Positions 20,071-28,816 of a stretch of 64,000 nt of DNA are shown here, piece by piece. The notes under the pieces were generated by a model. It did not search any database, was not told where the DNA came from, and saw only the letters and a list, made by a program, of their open reading frames with translations. The position numbers were made by a program, and so were the translations under genes. This DNA is from Pedobacter sp. Its GTDB lineage: Bacteria; Desulfobacterota; Desulfuromonadia; Desulfuromonadales; Syntrophotaleaceae. The stretch lies in NCBI GenBank assembly GCA_050253415.1, contig JBFWJC010000001.1, positions 904,679 through 968,678 on the forward strand, read 5' to 3'. The first letter of the stretch is position 1. Each line of letters starts with the position of its first letter.

Positions 20071-22164
20071 TCAGGCACTGGGTTCGGATCGATTCCTGAG
20101 TTTGATAATCGGTGCCGGTAAACTGCTGGTCTTTAGATACGCCTGACAATCTTCGGCAGGAATAGGGTAGCTCAGATAGTATCCCTGGCCTATCTGGCAA
20201 CCCCGCTTTTTTAAGAAGACTTTTTGGTATTCCGTTTCGATACCTTCCGCAATAACCCCCAGCTTAAGGGTGTTGGCAAGGGCGATGATGCCCTCTGCCA
20301 GCGCACCATTCTCCTCACCCTGGTTGACTTTGCTAATAAACGAACGGTCGATTTTAAGGCTGTTGATAGGGAAGTTTTCCAGGCAGCTGAGAGACGAATA
20401 ACCGGTACCAAAATCGTCAATCGACAGGCTGATACCAAGAGAGACAAGGCTTTTCATGGTTCGAATGGCCTTTGCCATGTCGAGCATGATGGCCGTTTCG
20501 GTTATTTCGATTTCCAGATATTCCGGTGCAAGCCCGGCTTCGGTGAGAGCGTGGCTTACGACATCGCACAGATCGGCCTGACAAAACTGTTTGGGGGATA
20601 TGTTGACGGCAACTTTGCATGGGGGCAGACCTGCCTTTTGCCATGCCTTGGCCTGTTTGCAGGCGGTGTTTAAAACCCAACGGCCTATCGGCAGGATCAG
20701 ACCGCTTTCTTCGGCTACCGAAATGAATTTTCCCGGAGGGATAAGCCCTAAAGAGGGGTGCTGCCAGCGGAGCAGTGCTTCCATGCCGTGCACCGTATTT
20801 GAAAACAGATCGATCTGTGGCTGATAGTAGAGAATGAATTCACCATTCTGAAGCGCTTTACGCATGCTGTTTTCAAGAAACAATGTCTCTTCGACCTGTT
20901 CATTCATACCGTTGGTGAAGAAGCGGTAGGTATTGCGACCGATTTCCTTGGAGCGGTACATGGCGACGTCGGCACATTTCATCAGGTTTTCCACGCTATC
21001 CCCGTCGTCAGGATAAATGCTGATGCCGATGCTGGTGGTGATAAACAATTCCTGGTCGTTGATGGTAAACGGCTCCGCCATCGAATGGAGGATTTTATCG
21101 GCAACCAGAGATAGAGACCGTGCATCGCGAACCTCTTCGATCACAAGTACAAATTCGTCACCCCCCAGTCTCGCCAGGGTGTCCTCGTTCCGAATCTGAT
21201 CCTTCAGACGGCGGGTAACGAGCTGAAGCACGACGTCGCCGATGTCGTGACCCAGGGTGTCGTTGATATTCTTGAAGCGGTCCAGGTCGAGAAACAGCAG
21301 GCCGACCTTGTTGCCGGAGCGTTGGCCGCGGGATAGAGCGTGGGATAACCGGTCGCGAAACAGCAGGCGGTTAGGCAGGCCCGTCAGGCAGTCATGGTGG
21401 GCCAGATGATCCAGATGTTTGCGCTGGTTGGACAGTTCGTGGTCACGATGTTGAATCTGGGTCAGCATGTTGTTGAAGTTCTCGATCAAAGTTCCCATTT
21501 CATCGATTCTGTTATTAACAATTCTCCTCGAATAATCTTTGTCCTGCGAAACGGAATTCATGGCTGTGGCCAGTTGTTCGACCGGTTTCGAAATAATTTT
21601 CTGGAGTCTTGTGGCAAGCAGAAAGCCGAGCATCGAAGACCCCATGAGACCGAGCAGGCCGAAGGTGGCATAGCGTATCAGTGTTTGACTGATATCGGAA
21701 AGATCCGCTTGTATATAAAGGGTTCCCAATGCCTCGCTTTTGTGTTGCAAGGGGATACATATTTCGAGGGTTTTGCCAAAAACATGGCCCTGCCGAAGCA
21801 GTATTTCAGTTGGTGTGACAGGATAGGCATGGGAGTTGTCGGCTTGGCCATAGTGTGTAAAGGTTTCACCCGTTTTAGCTTTTATCTGGATGAGTAAAAT
21901 CTGTTCTTTTTTAGAAAAATTGTTCAGTGCGTCGCTGATGGCTTGTCTGTCATCAAAAATCAGTGCGGCCGCAAGGTTGCCTGATATATCATTGGCAATG
22001 ATCGTGACTTGCTTGAGGAGGGATTTTCGCAAAAAAGTTCTTTGCGTATAAATCAGTGTAGAAAACAGCAACAGCATTGTAAGCGTGCTGACAATGCCAA
22101 TGATAGAAAGCAGCTTGGCTTTAATGGACAGTTTGTTGATGATTGTCTGTGATATTTTTGTCAT
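20071..22164 (-). CDS. Membrane sensor-HAMP-GGDEF-EAL protein (YfiN-like N-terminus)
   Basis: Two TMs around a periplasmic domain (AAALIFDDRQA), HAMP, RNED I-site + RLGGDEF, EALLRW, DDFGTGYSS. Confidence 0.93.
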   Translation of the reverse strand: MTKISQTIINKLSIKAKLLSIIGIVSTLTMLLLFSTLIYTQRTFLRKSLLKQVTIIANDISGNLAAALIFDDRQAISDALNNFSKKEQILLIQIKAKTGETFTHYGQADNSHAYPVTPTEILLRQGHVFGKTLEICIPLQHKSEALGTLYIQADLSDISQTLIRYATFGLLGLMGSSMLGFLLATRLQKIISKPVEQLATAMNSVSQDKDYSRRIVNNRIDEMGTLIENFNNMLTQIQHRDHELSNQRKHLDHLAHHDCLTGLPNRLLFRDRLSHALSRGQRSGNKVGLLFLDLDRFKNINDTLGHDIGDVVLQLVTRRLKDQIRNEDTLARLGGDEFVLVIEEVRDARSLSLVADKILHSMAEPFTINDQELFITTSIGISIYPDDGDSVENLMKCADVAMYRSKEIGRNTYRFFTNGMNEQVEETLFLENSMRKALQNGEFILYYQPQIDLFSNTVHGMEALLRWQHPSLGLIPPGKFISVAEESGLILPIGRWVLNTACKQAKAWQKAGLPPCKVAVNISPKQFCQADLCDVVSHALTEAGLAPEYLEIEITETAIMLDMAKAIRTMKSLVSLGISLSIDDFGTGYSSLSCLENFPINSLKIDRSFISKVNQGEENGALAEGIIALANTLKLGVIAEGIETEYQKVFLKKRGCQIGQGYYLSYPIPAEDCQAYLKTSSLPAPIIKLRNRSEPSA

Positions 22165-22799
22165 CTTTGCTCCATAACGATGCCATTTTTTATGATAGAC
22201 AAAGACAATCCGAATAGTTTTGAGCTAATATGCAGTCTGTTTTTTGCGGCGTTATCCAGATTTAAGCAGAAATTGACGCGACCTCCTACTTCAACAAAAG
22301 AAACGATCCCACCATTTTTGAAAAAACTGTCATCATCGCTTACGGATAAAATTGGTAACGATTTAGTTAATGATAAGACTTGCTTTGAATGACTCTGTTG
22401 GTTATCCGCGATATAGAGAATCTGGCATTGGTGCATGGCTTGTTGCAGTTCGACCAGGTTCTTTAAAACGAGTACTTCAATAGGTCTGCCAAAATAGGAC
22501 CGTTCTTGCCATTTCATGAGCTCTTTCTGCAGAAGATCTTCACCGAATACGCATACCCTTAAGGCGGTTTTATTGCTATCGAAACTTGTATCAGGCCACT
22601 CGACAAACTGGGCAATACTGTACAGTATCGCAGACTGGACGACTTCTTCCCGGTAGACCGGTTGGCAAACCCCCTGTGCGCCGGACAACAATAACAGGGA
22701 CAGCAAAAGCATGATGACGCCACACGGTTTTTTTAGCCGTATTAACGACCGAAACCGGTTGGGTGGTGCCATTATCGAATTTTCTGGAAGAATCCCCAT
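22161..22799 (-). CDS. YfiR/HmsC family (DUF4154) periplasmic protein
   Basis: Signal-like segment, AILYSIAQFVEWP, VCVFG, CQILYI, GGIVSF..GGRVNF..NL..A...L.ISSKL; overlaps downstream gene by 4 bp; start uncertain. Confidence 0.85.
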   Translation of the reverse strand: MGILPENSIMAPPNRFRSLIRLKKPCGVIMLLLSLLLLSGAQGVCQPVYREEVVQSAILYSIAQFVEWPDTSFDSNKTALRVCVFGEDLLQKELMKWQERSYFGRPIEVLVLKNLVELQQAMHQCQILYIADNQQSHSKQVLSLTKSLPILSVSDDDSFFKNGGIVSFVEVGGRVNFCLNLDNAAKNRLHISSKLFGLSLSIIKNGIVMEQR

Positions 22800-22865
22800 A
22801 GTCTGGAATCACTAAAAATTTAGGCGAAGGGATTATTAATTCCCTTCACGTCGTAAGTGGATCCG

Positions 22866-24932
22866 CTATTTAAACCGACCCGTTAATTGCGCATAAAAAC
22901 CTCTTGCCACCCCGGTGCTGATGGCTGTAGTCGAGGTGAATTCCTGGCGATTGTCATCCAAAAGATTCTGTCCGACGATGGCCAGTTCCAGCGATGAATT
23001 CAACTGTAATGCCACCCGCAGATCCAGGGTGTGATAGCTCGGTATGTCCAGTTCCGGGAGGCTGTCGACATAACGCCACCAGGCGTCCAGTTCGACCCTT
23101 TCGCCGATATTCCATTTGGATAGAACCGATACCTGATGCTGCGGGCTGAATCCTTCATCGGTTTCAAAGGACTCTGCTCCGCTTGAATGATCGATATGCA
23201 ACGCCATTTGCAGATAGCTGTAGGATGTTTTGAGTTGCCACCACGGAAGGGGGGTATAGTCGACAGCGACTTCGATGCCGTAGGTTTCGCCGGAGCCCTG
23301 GTTTTCGGCGCTTAAGGGGACAATGAAGTATAATTGGGGGAAAGTTCCTGTCTGGATGGGTGTTTGAGGTTCGTAGGTGATCAGACTGTCGTAATCGTTG
23401 TAAAAGGCTGTGATATCCAGGTTGAACCACCGCTTCGGCTGATAACGAAAGCCGATCTCATAAGCGATGAGATCTTCGGAGTCTGCATCCTCATCCCCTC
23501 TTAAGGAATAATACGAAGTTACAGGTCCTGTGGCTGATACCCCGAAATTGATTTGGGAGTCGTGATCAAGTCTTGAAGGGGTACGCACGGCACGCGATAC
23601 CGCTGCCCAGATGGAATAGGGGATGGAAGGGGTCCAGATGATGCGGGCGTTCGGTTGGGCTTCCAGGCCTGTATACCCATTGTGCTCAAATTTCGATCCG
23701 ACAATGAACGTCAGTCGATCCTGGATGAGCATGACGTTGTCCTGCAGAAACAGACTGTAAAGACTGTCGGCGCGACTGTCGGGATCGCCGCTTACGGTAA
23801 AGCTGTCGTCGATGCTGTCGCGGGTATAGCGATAGCCCGCGCCCCACACCAGCGTATGGCGTTCCCCCAGGTTGAACTGGTGCTGAAAGTCGAAGTCCAG
23901 GGTGTCGCGTTTTTCGTTGAAAGCCATATCCTTGCGTTTGGTGCCGTCATAGTAGAATTGCGCTGAAAAATTGGACGTTTCGGATAGCGTGTGTTGCCAG
24001 CGCAGCAACACATTCTGGCCGGAAAATTCGCTGTCGCCGACGGTGTTGAGGCTGTAGGGTGCTTCAATCAGGCTCATAGGCCGAACGGAGCCGGACGAAC
24101 CGCTATACGCGTCGCCTTGCAGGGTTACCTGGTCGTCGTCCGGATCGCCCCACTCGGCCCGAAAGCCCCCCCGAAAAGATCGCCAGTCATCGGCGGCGTC
24201 TTCACCGAAAAGGCTCTGACCTGTATCGCGATCAAAATATTTGGCATAGATACGGTAAAACCCCTGGTCGCCGAAGGTGCCGCCGTAACGAATCCTGCCG
24301 AAGCCACGCTCCTCGGAACCGCTCCCGCCGGCTATCAGCAGGCCCTGCGTATCTTTGGCGGATTTGGTCATGATGTTGATGACGCCGTTGACGGCATTAG
24401 CGCCCCACAGGGTGCCGCCCGGGCCGCGAATGACTTCGATGCGGTCCACGTCTTCCAGCATGACATCCTGGACATCCCAGAAAACTCCGGCAAACAGTGG
24501 GGTGTAGACGGTCCGTCCGTCGATCATGACCAGCATTTTGTTGGCAAACGCTTCGTTGAAGCCCCGGCAGGTGATGGCCCATTTATTACCGTCGATACGG
24601 GCGACCTGCAGGCCTGGAACCATACGCAGGGCTTCCGGAATACTGGTGGCACCGGAATGCCGGATATCTTCACTGGTTACCACATAGATGGCAGCAGCGG
24701 CCTGGCTGATTTTTTGAGGCATTCTGGCGGCACTTGTGACCTCGATATTGACCAGATCCTCCAGGCTCAATGCCATGACTTCCTCGGTGGTTGCTGCCGC
24801 CGCAGGCATCACAGATGAGACCATAATGAAAAAAATACTCCCCAGGACCGCAATAATCAGGAGCCTGTTGGCGATGCCGATTGGTGGTGGTGCTAAAAGC
24901 ATGCAGCTACGGTTTTTGATGCCTGCTTTCAT
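22866..24932 (-). CDS. TonB-dependent outer membrane receptor
   Basis: LSLEDLVNIEVTSAAR, plug motifs (EALRMVPG, IEVIRGPGGTLWGANAVNGVINI), C-terminal barrel strand. Confidence 0.93.
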   Translation of the reverse strand: MKAGIKNRSCMLLAPPPIGIANRLLIIAVLGSIFFIMVSSVMPAAAATTEEVMALSLEDLVNIEVTSAARMPQKISQAAAAIYVVTSEDIRHSGATSIPEALRMVPGLQVARIDGNKWAITCRGFNEAFANKMLVMIDGRTVYTPLFAGVFWDVQDVMLEDVDRIEVIRGPGGTLWGANAVNGVINIMTKSAKDTQGLLIAGGSGSEERGFGRIRYGGTFGDQGFYRIYAKYFDRDTGQSLFGEDAADDWRSFRGGFRAEWGDPDDDQVTLQGDAYSGSSGSVRPMSLIEAPYSLNTVGDSEFSGQNVLLRWQHTLSETSNFSAQFYYDGTKRKDMAFNEKRDTLDFDFQHQFNLGERHTLVWGAGYRYTRDSIDDSFTVSGDPDSRADSLYSLFLQDNVMLIQDRLTFIVGSKFEHNGYTGLEAQPNARIIWTPSIPYSIWAAVSRAVRTPSRLDHDSQINFGVSATGPVTSYYSLRGDEDADSEDLIAYEIGFRYQPKRWFNLDITAFYNDYDSLITYEPQTPIQTGTFPQLYFIVPLSAENQGSGETYGIEVAVDYTPLPWWQLKTSYSYLQMALHIDHSSGAESFETDEGFSPQHQVSVLSKWNIGERVELDAWWRYVDSLPELDIPSYHTLDLRVALQLNSSLELAIVGQNLLDDNRQEFTSTTAISTGVARGFYAQLTGRFK

Positions 24933-24944
24933 GGGTTCTCTCCC

Positions 24945-24977
24945 AAATAAAAAAACCCGTTCCGAAAGGGAACAGGG
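24945..24977 (-). terminator. Riboswitch expression-platform terminator upstream of TonB receptor
   Basis: Minus strand CCCTGTTCCC-TTTC-GGAACGGG followed by TTTTTTTATTT, about 12 nt before the ATG. Confidence 0.8.
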
Positions 24978-25016
24978 CGCAGTGGGCCTGCATCGGCCAC
25001 ATACATTAGGGCTCCC

Positions 25017-25100
25017 CCTCTTTCTGCAGCTCGGCCATCCGCTCAGACGGATCCGTAGCTTTGCGCCATCAAATTGCTTTGACTTTGCTTTTTCCAGAGG
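25017..25100 (-). ncRNA. GEMM-I riboswitch, A20 variant
   Basis: Minus strand CCTCTGGAAAAAGCAAAGTCAAA-GCAA-TTTGATGGCGCAAAGCTACGGATCCG..CGGATGGCCGAGCTGCAGAAAGAGG: P1 CCTCT/AGAGG, GNRA-capped P2, GCAAA/GCGCAAAGC core; A before G21-C22 (25089). Confidence 0.82.
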
Positions 25101-25107
25101 TTTTATC

Positions 25108-25135
25108 AGGTTATCGGTGAAATGATGCCTGTCAA
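25108..25135 (-). promoter_or_regulatory. Sigma70-type promoter driving riboswitch/TonB operon
   Basis: TTGACA-N16-TAACCT; predicted start site falls at the 5' end of riboswitch P1. Confidence 0.6.
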
Positions 25136-25244
25136 TAAATACATATCGTTAATGTAAGTAAAATAATTATTGTTTAGATATGTTCAGGGTGGACAAGGTT
25201 GTGCCTTTATCCCGGCAGGTTGTTTCGGTAGATCGGCGGGATGC

Positions 25245-26507
25245 TCAACGGGGTCGGTAGTCGGGGTGGGCGAAAGAGTAGGAAAATTCCATGTGGTCGG
25301 CGTAGCTTCCGTCGAGAATGGCAGCGACGTCTTCTATGAATACCTGTTCTTCATCGGTCGGAATGACGAAGACCTTTATGGGGGATGTATCGCTTGAGAT
25401 GAGCACTTCTTTGCTGCCTGCCAGTTCACGGTTGCGTTGTTCATCGAGATAAATGCCGACATGCTCCAGGTTTTGCAGCGCCATGTGCCGGATCAGGGCG
25501 GAACGCTCCCCGACTCCGGCGGTAAAAACCACGGCATCGAGCGGACCGATCGCTGCCAGGTAGGCGCCAATGTATTTGCGCAACCGGTAACTCTCGATTT
25601 CCAGGCAGAGCTGGCAACGGGGATCGCCGTTTTGTGCCGCCGAGATGACATCCCGCCGGTCGGTGTAACGCCCTGTTATACCCAATACGCCGCTCTTTTT
25701 GTTGAGCAGGTTATCCATTTCATCCGAGGAGAGGTTTTCCATCTTCATCATGAAATGCGGGATGGCCGGGTCGATATCGCCGCAGCGCGTCCCCATTACG
25801 GCGCCTTCCAGGGGGGTGAGACCCATGCTGGTGTCGATGGAGATGCCGTTGCGGATGGCGCAGTGGGAGACGCCGTTGCCGATGTGCATGGTGATCAGAT
25901 TGCAGTCACGGGCATGCTTGCCGAGCAGGGCCGCCGCACGTTTCGATACATAGAGGTGGGAGGTGCCATGAAACCCGTAACGTCGAACCCGGTAATGTTC
26001 GTACCATTCGTAGGGCAGGGCGTAAATATAAGCATGTCTGGGCATGGTCTGGTGAAAGGCCGTATCAAAAATGGCAACGCCTGGCACTGTGGGCAGGGCT
26101 GCGCGTACCGCCTCGATACCGGCGATGTTGGGCGGGTTATGCAGGGGCGCAAGGTGCTGAACCTCGCGGATGGTTGCCAGAACCTCATCATCGATACGTA
26201 CCGATCGGGTGAATTTTTCACCGCCATGTACCACGCGGTGGCCAACGGCTGAAATGGCATCGATGTTGTCGATGACCGCCTCCCCGCCTTCGGTCAGTGT
26301 CCGCAGGATCAGGCCGATGGCGGTGTGATGGTCGGGGCATTCCTGTTCCAGCCGGTAGTCTTCTCTGCCGGGGACATTATGGATAATGAAAGAGCCCCCG
26401 ACGATGACCCGTTCGACACCTCCTTTGGCAAGAATTTTTTGGTTGGTCCAATCAAAGAGATTGTATTTGACCGATGAACTGCCGCAGTTCAGTGCCAGTA
26501 TGATCAC
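25245..26507 (-). CDS. ackA: Acetate kinase
   Basis: LNCGSSSVK, GHRVVHGG, APLHNP, YGFHGTSH, TSMGLTPLEG, FTAGVGE, PTDEE. Confidence 0.97.
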   Translation of the reverse strand: MIILALNCGSSSVKYNLFDWTNQKILAKGGVERVIVGGSFIIHNVPGREDYRLEQECPDHHTAIGLILRTLTEGGEAVIDNIDAISAVGHRVVHGGEKFTRSVRIDDEVLATIREVQHLAPLHNPPNIAGIEAVRAALPTVPGVAIFDTAFHQTMPRHAYIYALPYEWYEHYRVRRYGFHGTSHLYVSKRAAALLGKHARDCNLITMHIGNGVSHCAIRNGISIDTSMGLTPLEGAVMGTRCGDIDPAIPHFMMKMENLSSDEMDNLLNKKSGVLGITGRYTDRRDVISAAQNGDPRCQLCLEIESYRLRKYIGAYLAAIGPLDAVVFTAGVGERSALIRHMALQNLEHVGIYLDEQRNRELAGSKEVLISSDTSPIKVFVIPTDEEQVFIEDVAAILDGSYADHMEFSYSFAHPDYRPR

Positions 26508-26689
26508 GATGCCCTCCCGGGTTCTTGTATAATTAAATAACTAACAAGAATTCGGGGAAATGCAACGAGGACACCACGGCTGTTACCATGCTTGCTGTGC
26601 AAATTCCTGCTGCGAAAAGTTCACCACGCGTTATACTTCTCGACATTGTTTGGAGATAACCACGACGGTATCGATAAGGAGGACAACTA

Positions 26690-27127
26690 ATGCAAAGGTC
26701 AGTCTGGATGTTGGTTATGGCATGTTTGGGGATGATGCTGGTTACCGGTTGCGGTCGCGAGGAGTCGCAGGAGAACAGTGCGGCCGTTTCGCAAAAGCAA
26801 GCGATGCCTATGGAGCATGATATGGGATCGGGGATGGATGCCATGCATGAGATGGACCACGACATGATGGCTACAACGGCAGTTACGGATGATGGCGCTG
26901 CATTGTTTCAACAACACTGCGCCGTGTGTCACCCCGGTGGCAGCAATATCATTACCCCTGCCAAGACCCTTGATCGGCAGACACTCGAGAAAAACGGCAT
27001 AACCACCGTGGAAGATATTCTGGCGATCGTGCGCAAACCCGGTCCGGGTATGACCCCGTTCGGGCCGGAGCAGTTGTTCGACAAACAAGCGGAGCAGGTG
27101 GCCGAGCATATCCTGTCAACTTACTGA
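26690..27127 (+). CDS. Lipoprotein monoheme cytochrome c (c6-like) with Met/His-rich linker
   Basis: Lipobox LVTGC; CAVCH; PGPGMTPF distal Met; AGGAGG RBS. Confidence 0.88.
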   Translation: MQRSVWMLVMACLGMMLVTGCGREESQENSAAVSQKQAMPMEHDMGSGMDAMHEMDHDMMATTAVTDDGAALFQQHCAVCHPGGSNIITPAKTLDRQTLEKNGITTVEDILAIVRKPGPGMTPFGPEQLFDKQAEQVAEHILSTY

Positions 27128-27143
27128 TTTTGCCCCGGGTTGT

Positions 27144-27359
27144 TCATGAATGGCGTTTTCTGGCTCTGCGGTCGACAAGGTACGCGATGAGCATGCCGAG
27201 GACCATCCCCACCAGCAGGGTCATGAGCAGCAATACCGCCAGGGGAGCCGTCATGGTCAGGTAAAGGATTCTGACCGGCACCTCAACGGTATTTTGCAGG
27301 ATGATAAACAGGGCCAGCACGGCCAGGATGAAGAAGCTGTACATTTTTAGACTTTTCAT
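27144..27359 (-). CDS. Small membrane protein, LapA/DUF1049-like
   Basis: LFIILQNT..V.V....APLAVLLLMTLLVG two-TM pattern. Confidence 0.7.
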   Translation of the reverse strand: MKSLKMYSFFILAVLALFIILQNTVEVPVRILYLTMTAPLAVLLLMTLLVGMVLGMLIAYLVDRRARKRHS

Positions 27360-27449
27360 AGAGAGAATCTCCCCAGGCGGCTCGATCGAGCCGCCTTTGT
27401 ATGTTTTGAGCAAAGGAGGGGGATGCCGATAGCCATGTTGCCGGAATTG

Positions 27450-28661
27450 TCAGACGGTGATTTCCCCCGCTTTTTGCAAGGCTCGTCTGGCCAGTAGTGG
27501 GCCGATCAGCTCATGGATAACCGTAGCGCCCAGGGTCACACTCATGACCGTATCGGCCACCTCCGCAAAATCGGGGTTGTTTTTGAGTAGCAGGGCCAGG
27601 CCTATAACGATGCCGCCCTGGGGCAACAGTCCCCAGAACAGGTGGCGTTTCACCTGTATCGAAGCATGAGACAGCGCTGCGCCGGCTCGGCTACCCAGCC
27701 ATTTTCCAAGACTGCGCAGTACTACGAAACCGACGATCAACGCTAAACTGGTACCAAGCATTTTAAGATCGAGCAACATGCCGCTGAGGGTAAAGAACAG
27801 GGCAAAGATCAACTCCTCCGTATAACGCTCGAGCATTTTAAAAATCATTTGGCGGCGTGGATTAAAGTTGGCGACCACCGTGCCCATGCTCAGAGTACCC
27901 AGTAATTCATCCCCACCGAACACATGAACAGTACCGAAAACCAGAGTCAGGGCGGCGAAGATCAGAACAATTAAAGCCCCCTCCGTCTCCCTGCGAAAAA
28001 GTTCCGTCAAGATGTTGAATACCAGCCCGCCCGCAATCCCGATGCCGACGCCGATCAGAATCATGCTGGTTGGATGCCATAACAACATTCCCAGATTGGT
28101 CCCCGGTGCCGCAACCAGCAGACTGGCAAGGCCGGTCGACAGGGAAAAGTTGAGGATGGCCAGGACATCGTCCAGGGCAGCCACGCCCATGATTGTCGTG
28201 GTGACATCACCGCGAGCCCTGTATTCGTGGGCGACAGCCAAGGTTGCCGATGGGTCGGTCGGTGTCGCCAGCGGGGCCAGCAGGAGCGCCAGCAGCGACG
28301 GGGCAGGCCATCCCAGCAGCCAGCCGGCGACAATCAGGCCGGTGCCAACGGCCAGCATGGCGGTCTGCGCTTCCCCAATGGCGATCCAGAGGATACTGCG
28401 TCCCAGACGCTTAAGATGAGGAAACAGCAGTGATCCCCCGACCGAAAAGGTGATGAAGGCCAGGGCCAGGTTGGTGATGAATTCGGTGTGATCGGGAAAA
28501 TCACGGGGGATGATCGGCATCAGTCGCGGGTTGAGCGCGATGCCGGCCAAAATGTACCCGGTGATTTTTGGCAGTTTGACAACCCGGGCAATTTCCCCAC
28601 CGATCAGGGCGCCCAACAGGATGATGCCGATAATCAGAGTTGTATCCATTGCATGACTCAT
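27450..28661 (-). CDS. Cation:proton antiporter (CPA2 family)
   Basis: LPKITGYILAG, TDPSAT, AALDDV, LLPQGG; about 12 TM. Confidence 0.9.
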   Translation of the reverse strand: MSHAMDTTLIIGIILLGALIGGEIARVVKLPKITGYILAGIALNPRLMPIIPRDFPDHTEFITNLALAFITFSVGGSLLFPHLKRLGRSILWIAIGEAQTAMLAVGTGLIVAGWLLGWPAPSLLALLLAPLATPTDPSATLAVAHEYRARGDVTTTIMGVAALDDVLAILNFSLSTGLASLLVAAPGTNLGMLLWHPTSMILIGVGIGIAGGLVFNILTELFRRETEGALIVLIFAALTLVFGTVHVFGGDELLGTLSMGTVVANFNPRRQMIFKMLERYTEELIFALFFTLSGMLLDLKMLGTSLALIVGFVVLRSLGKWLGSRAGAALSHASIQVKRHLFWGLLPQGGIVIGLALLLKNNPDFAEVADTVMSVTLGATVIHELIGPLLARRALQKAGEITV

Positions 28662-28816
28662 TTCGCAGGCGGTAAGTGTCCCGTGTGGTTATTCCTGACT
28701 TCCGACTATGGCCTTTATAAGCACGTCCTGCGATGTTGCGCTTTGGTGGCACCCAAAATGTCTCAGAAATATCTGACGCGATTACCTGCGCAGGACACTG
28801 GGTCGCAAGGTTTTCT

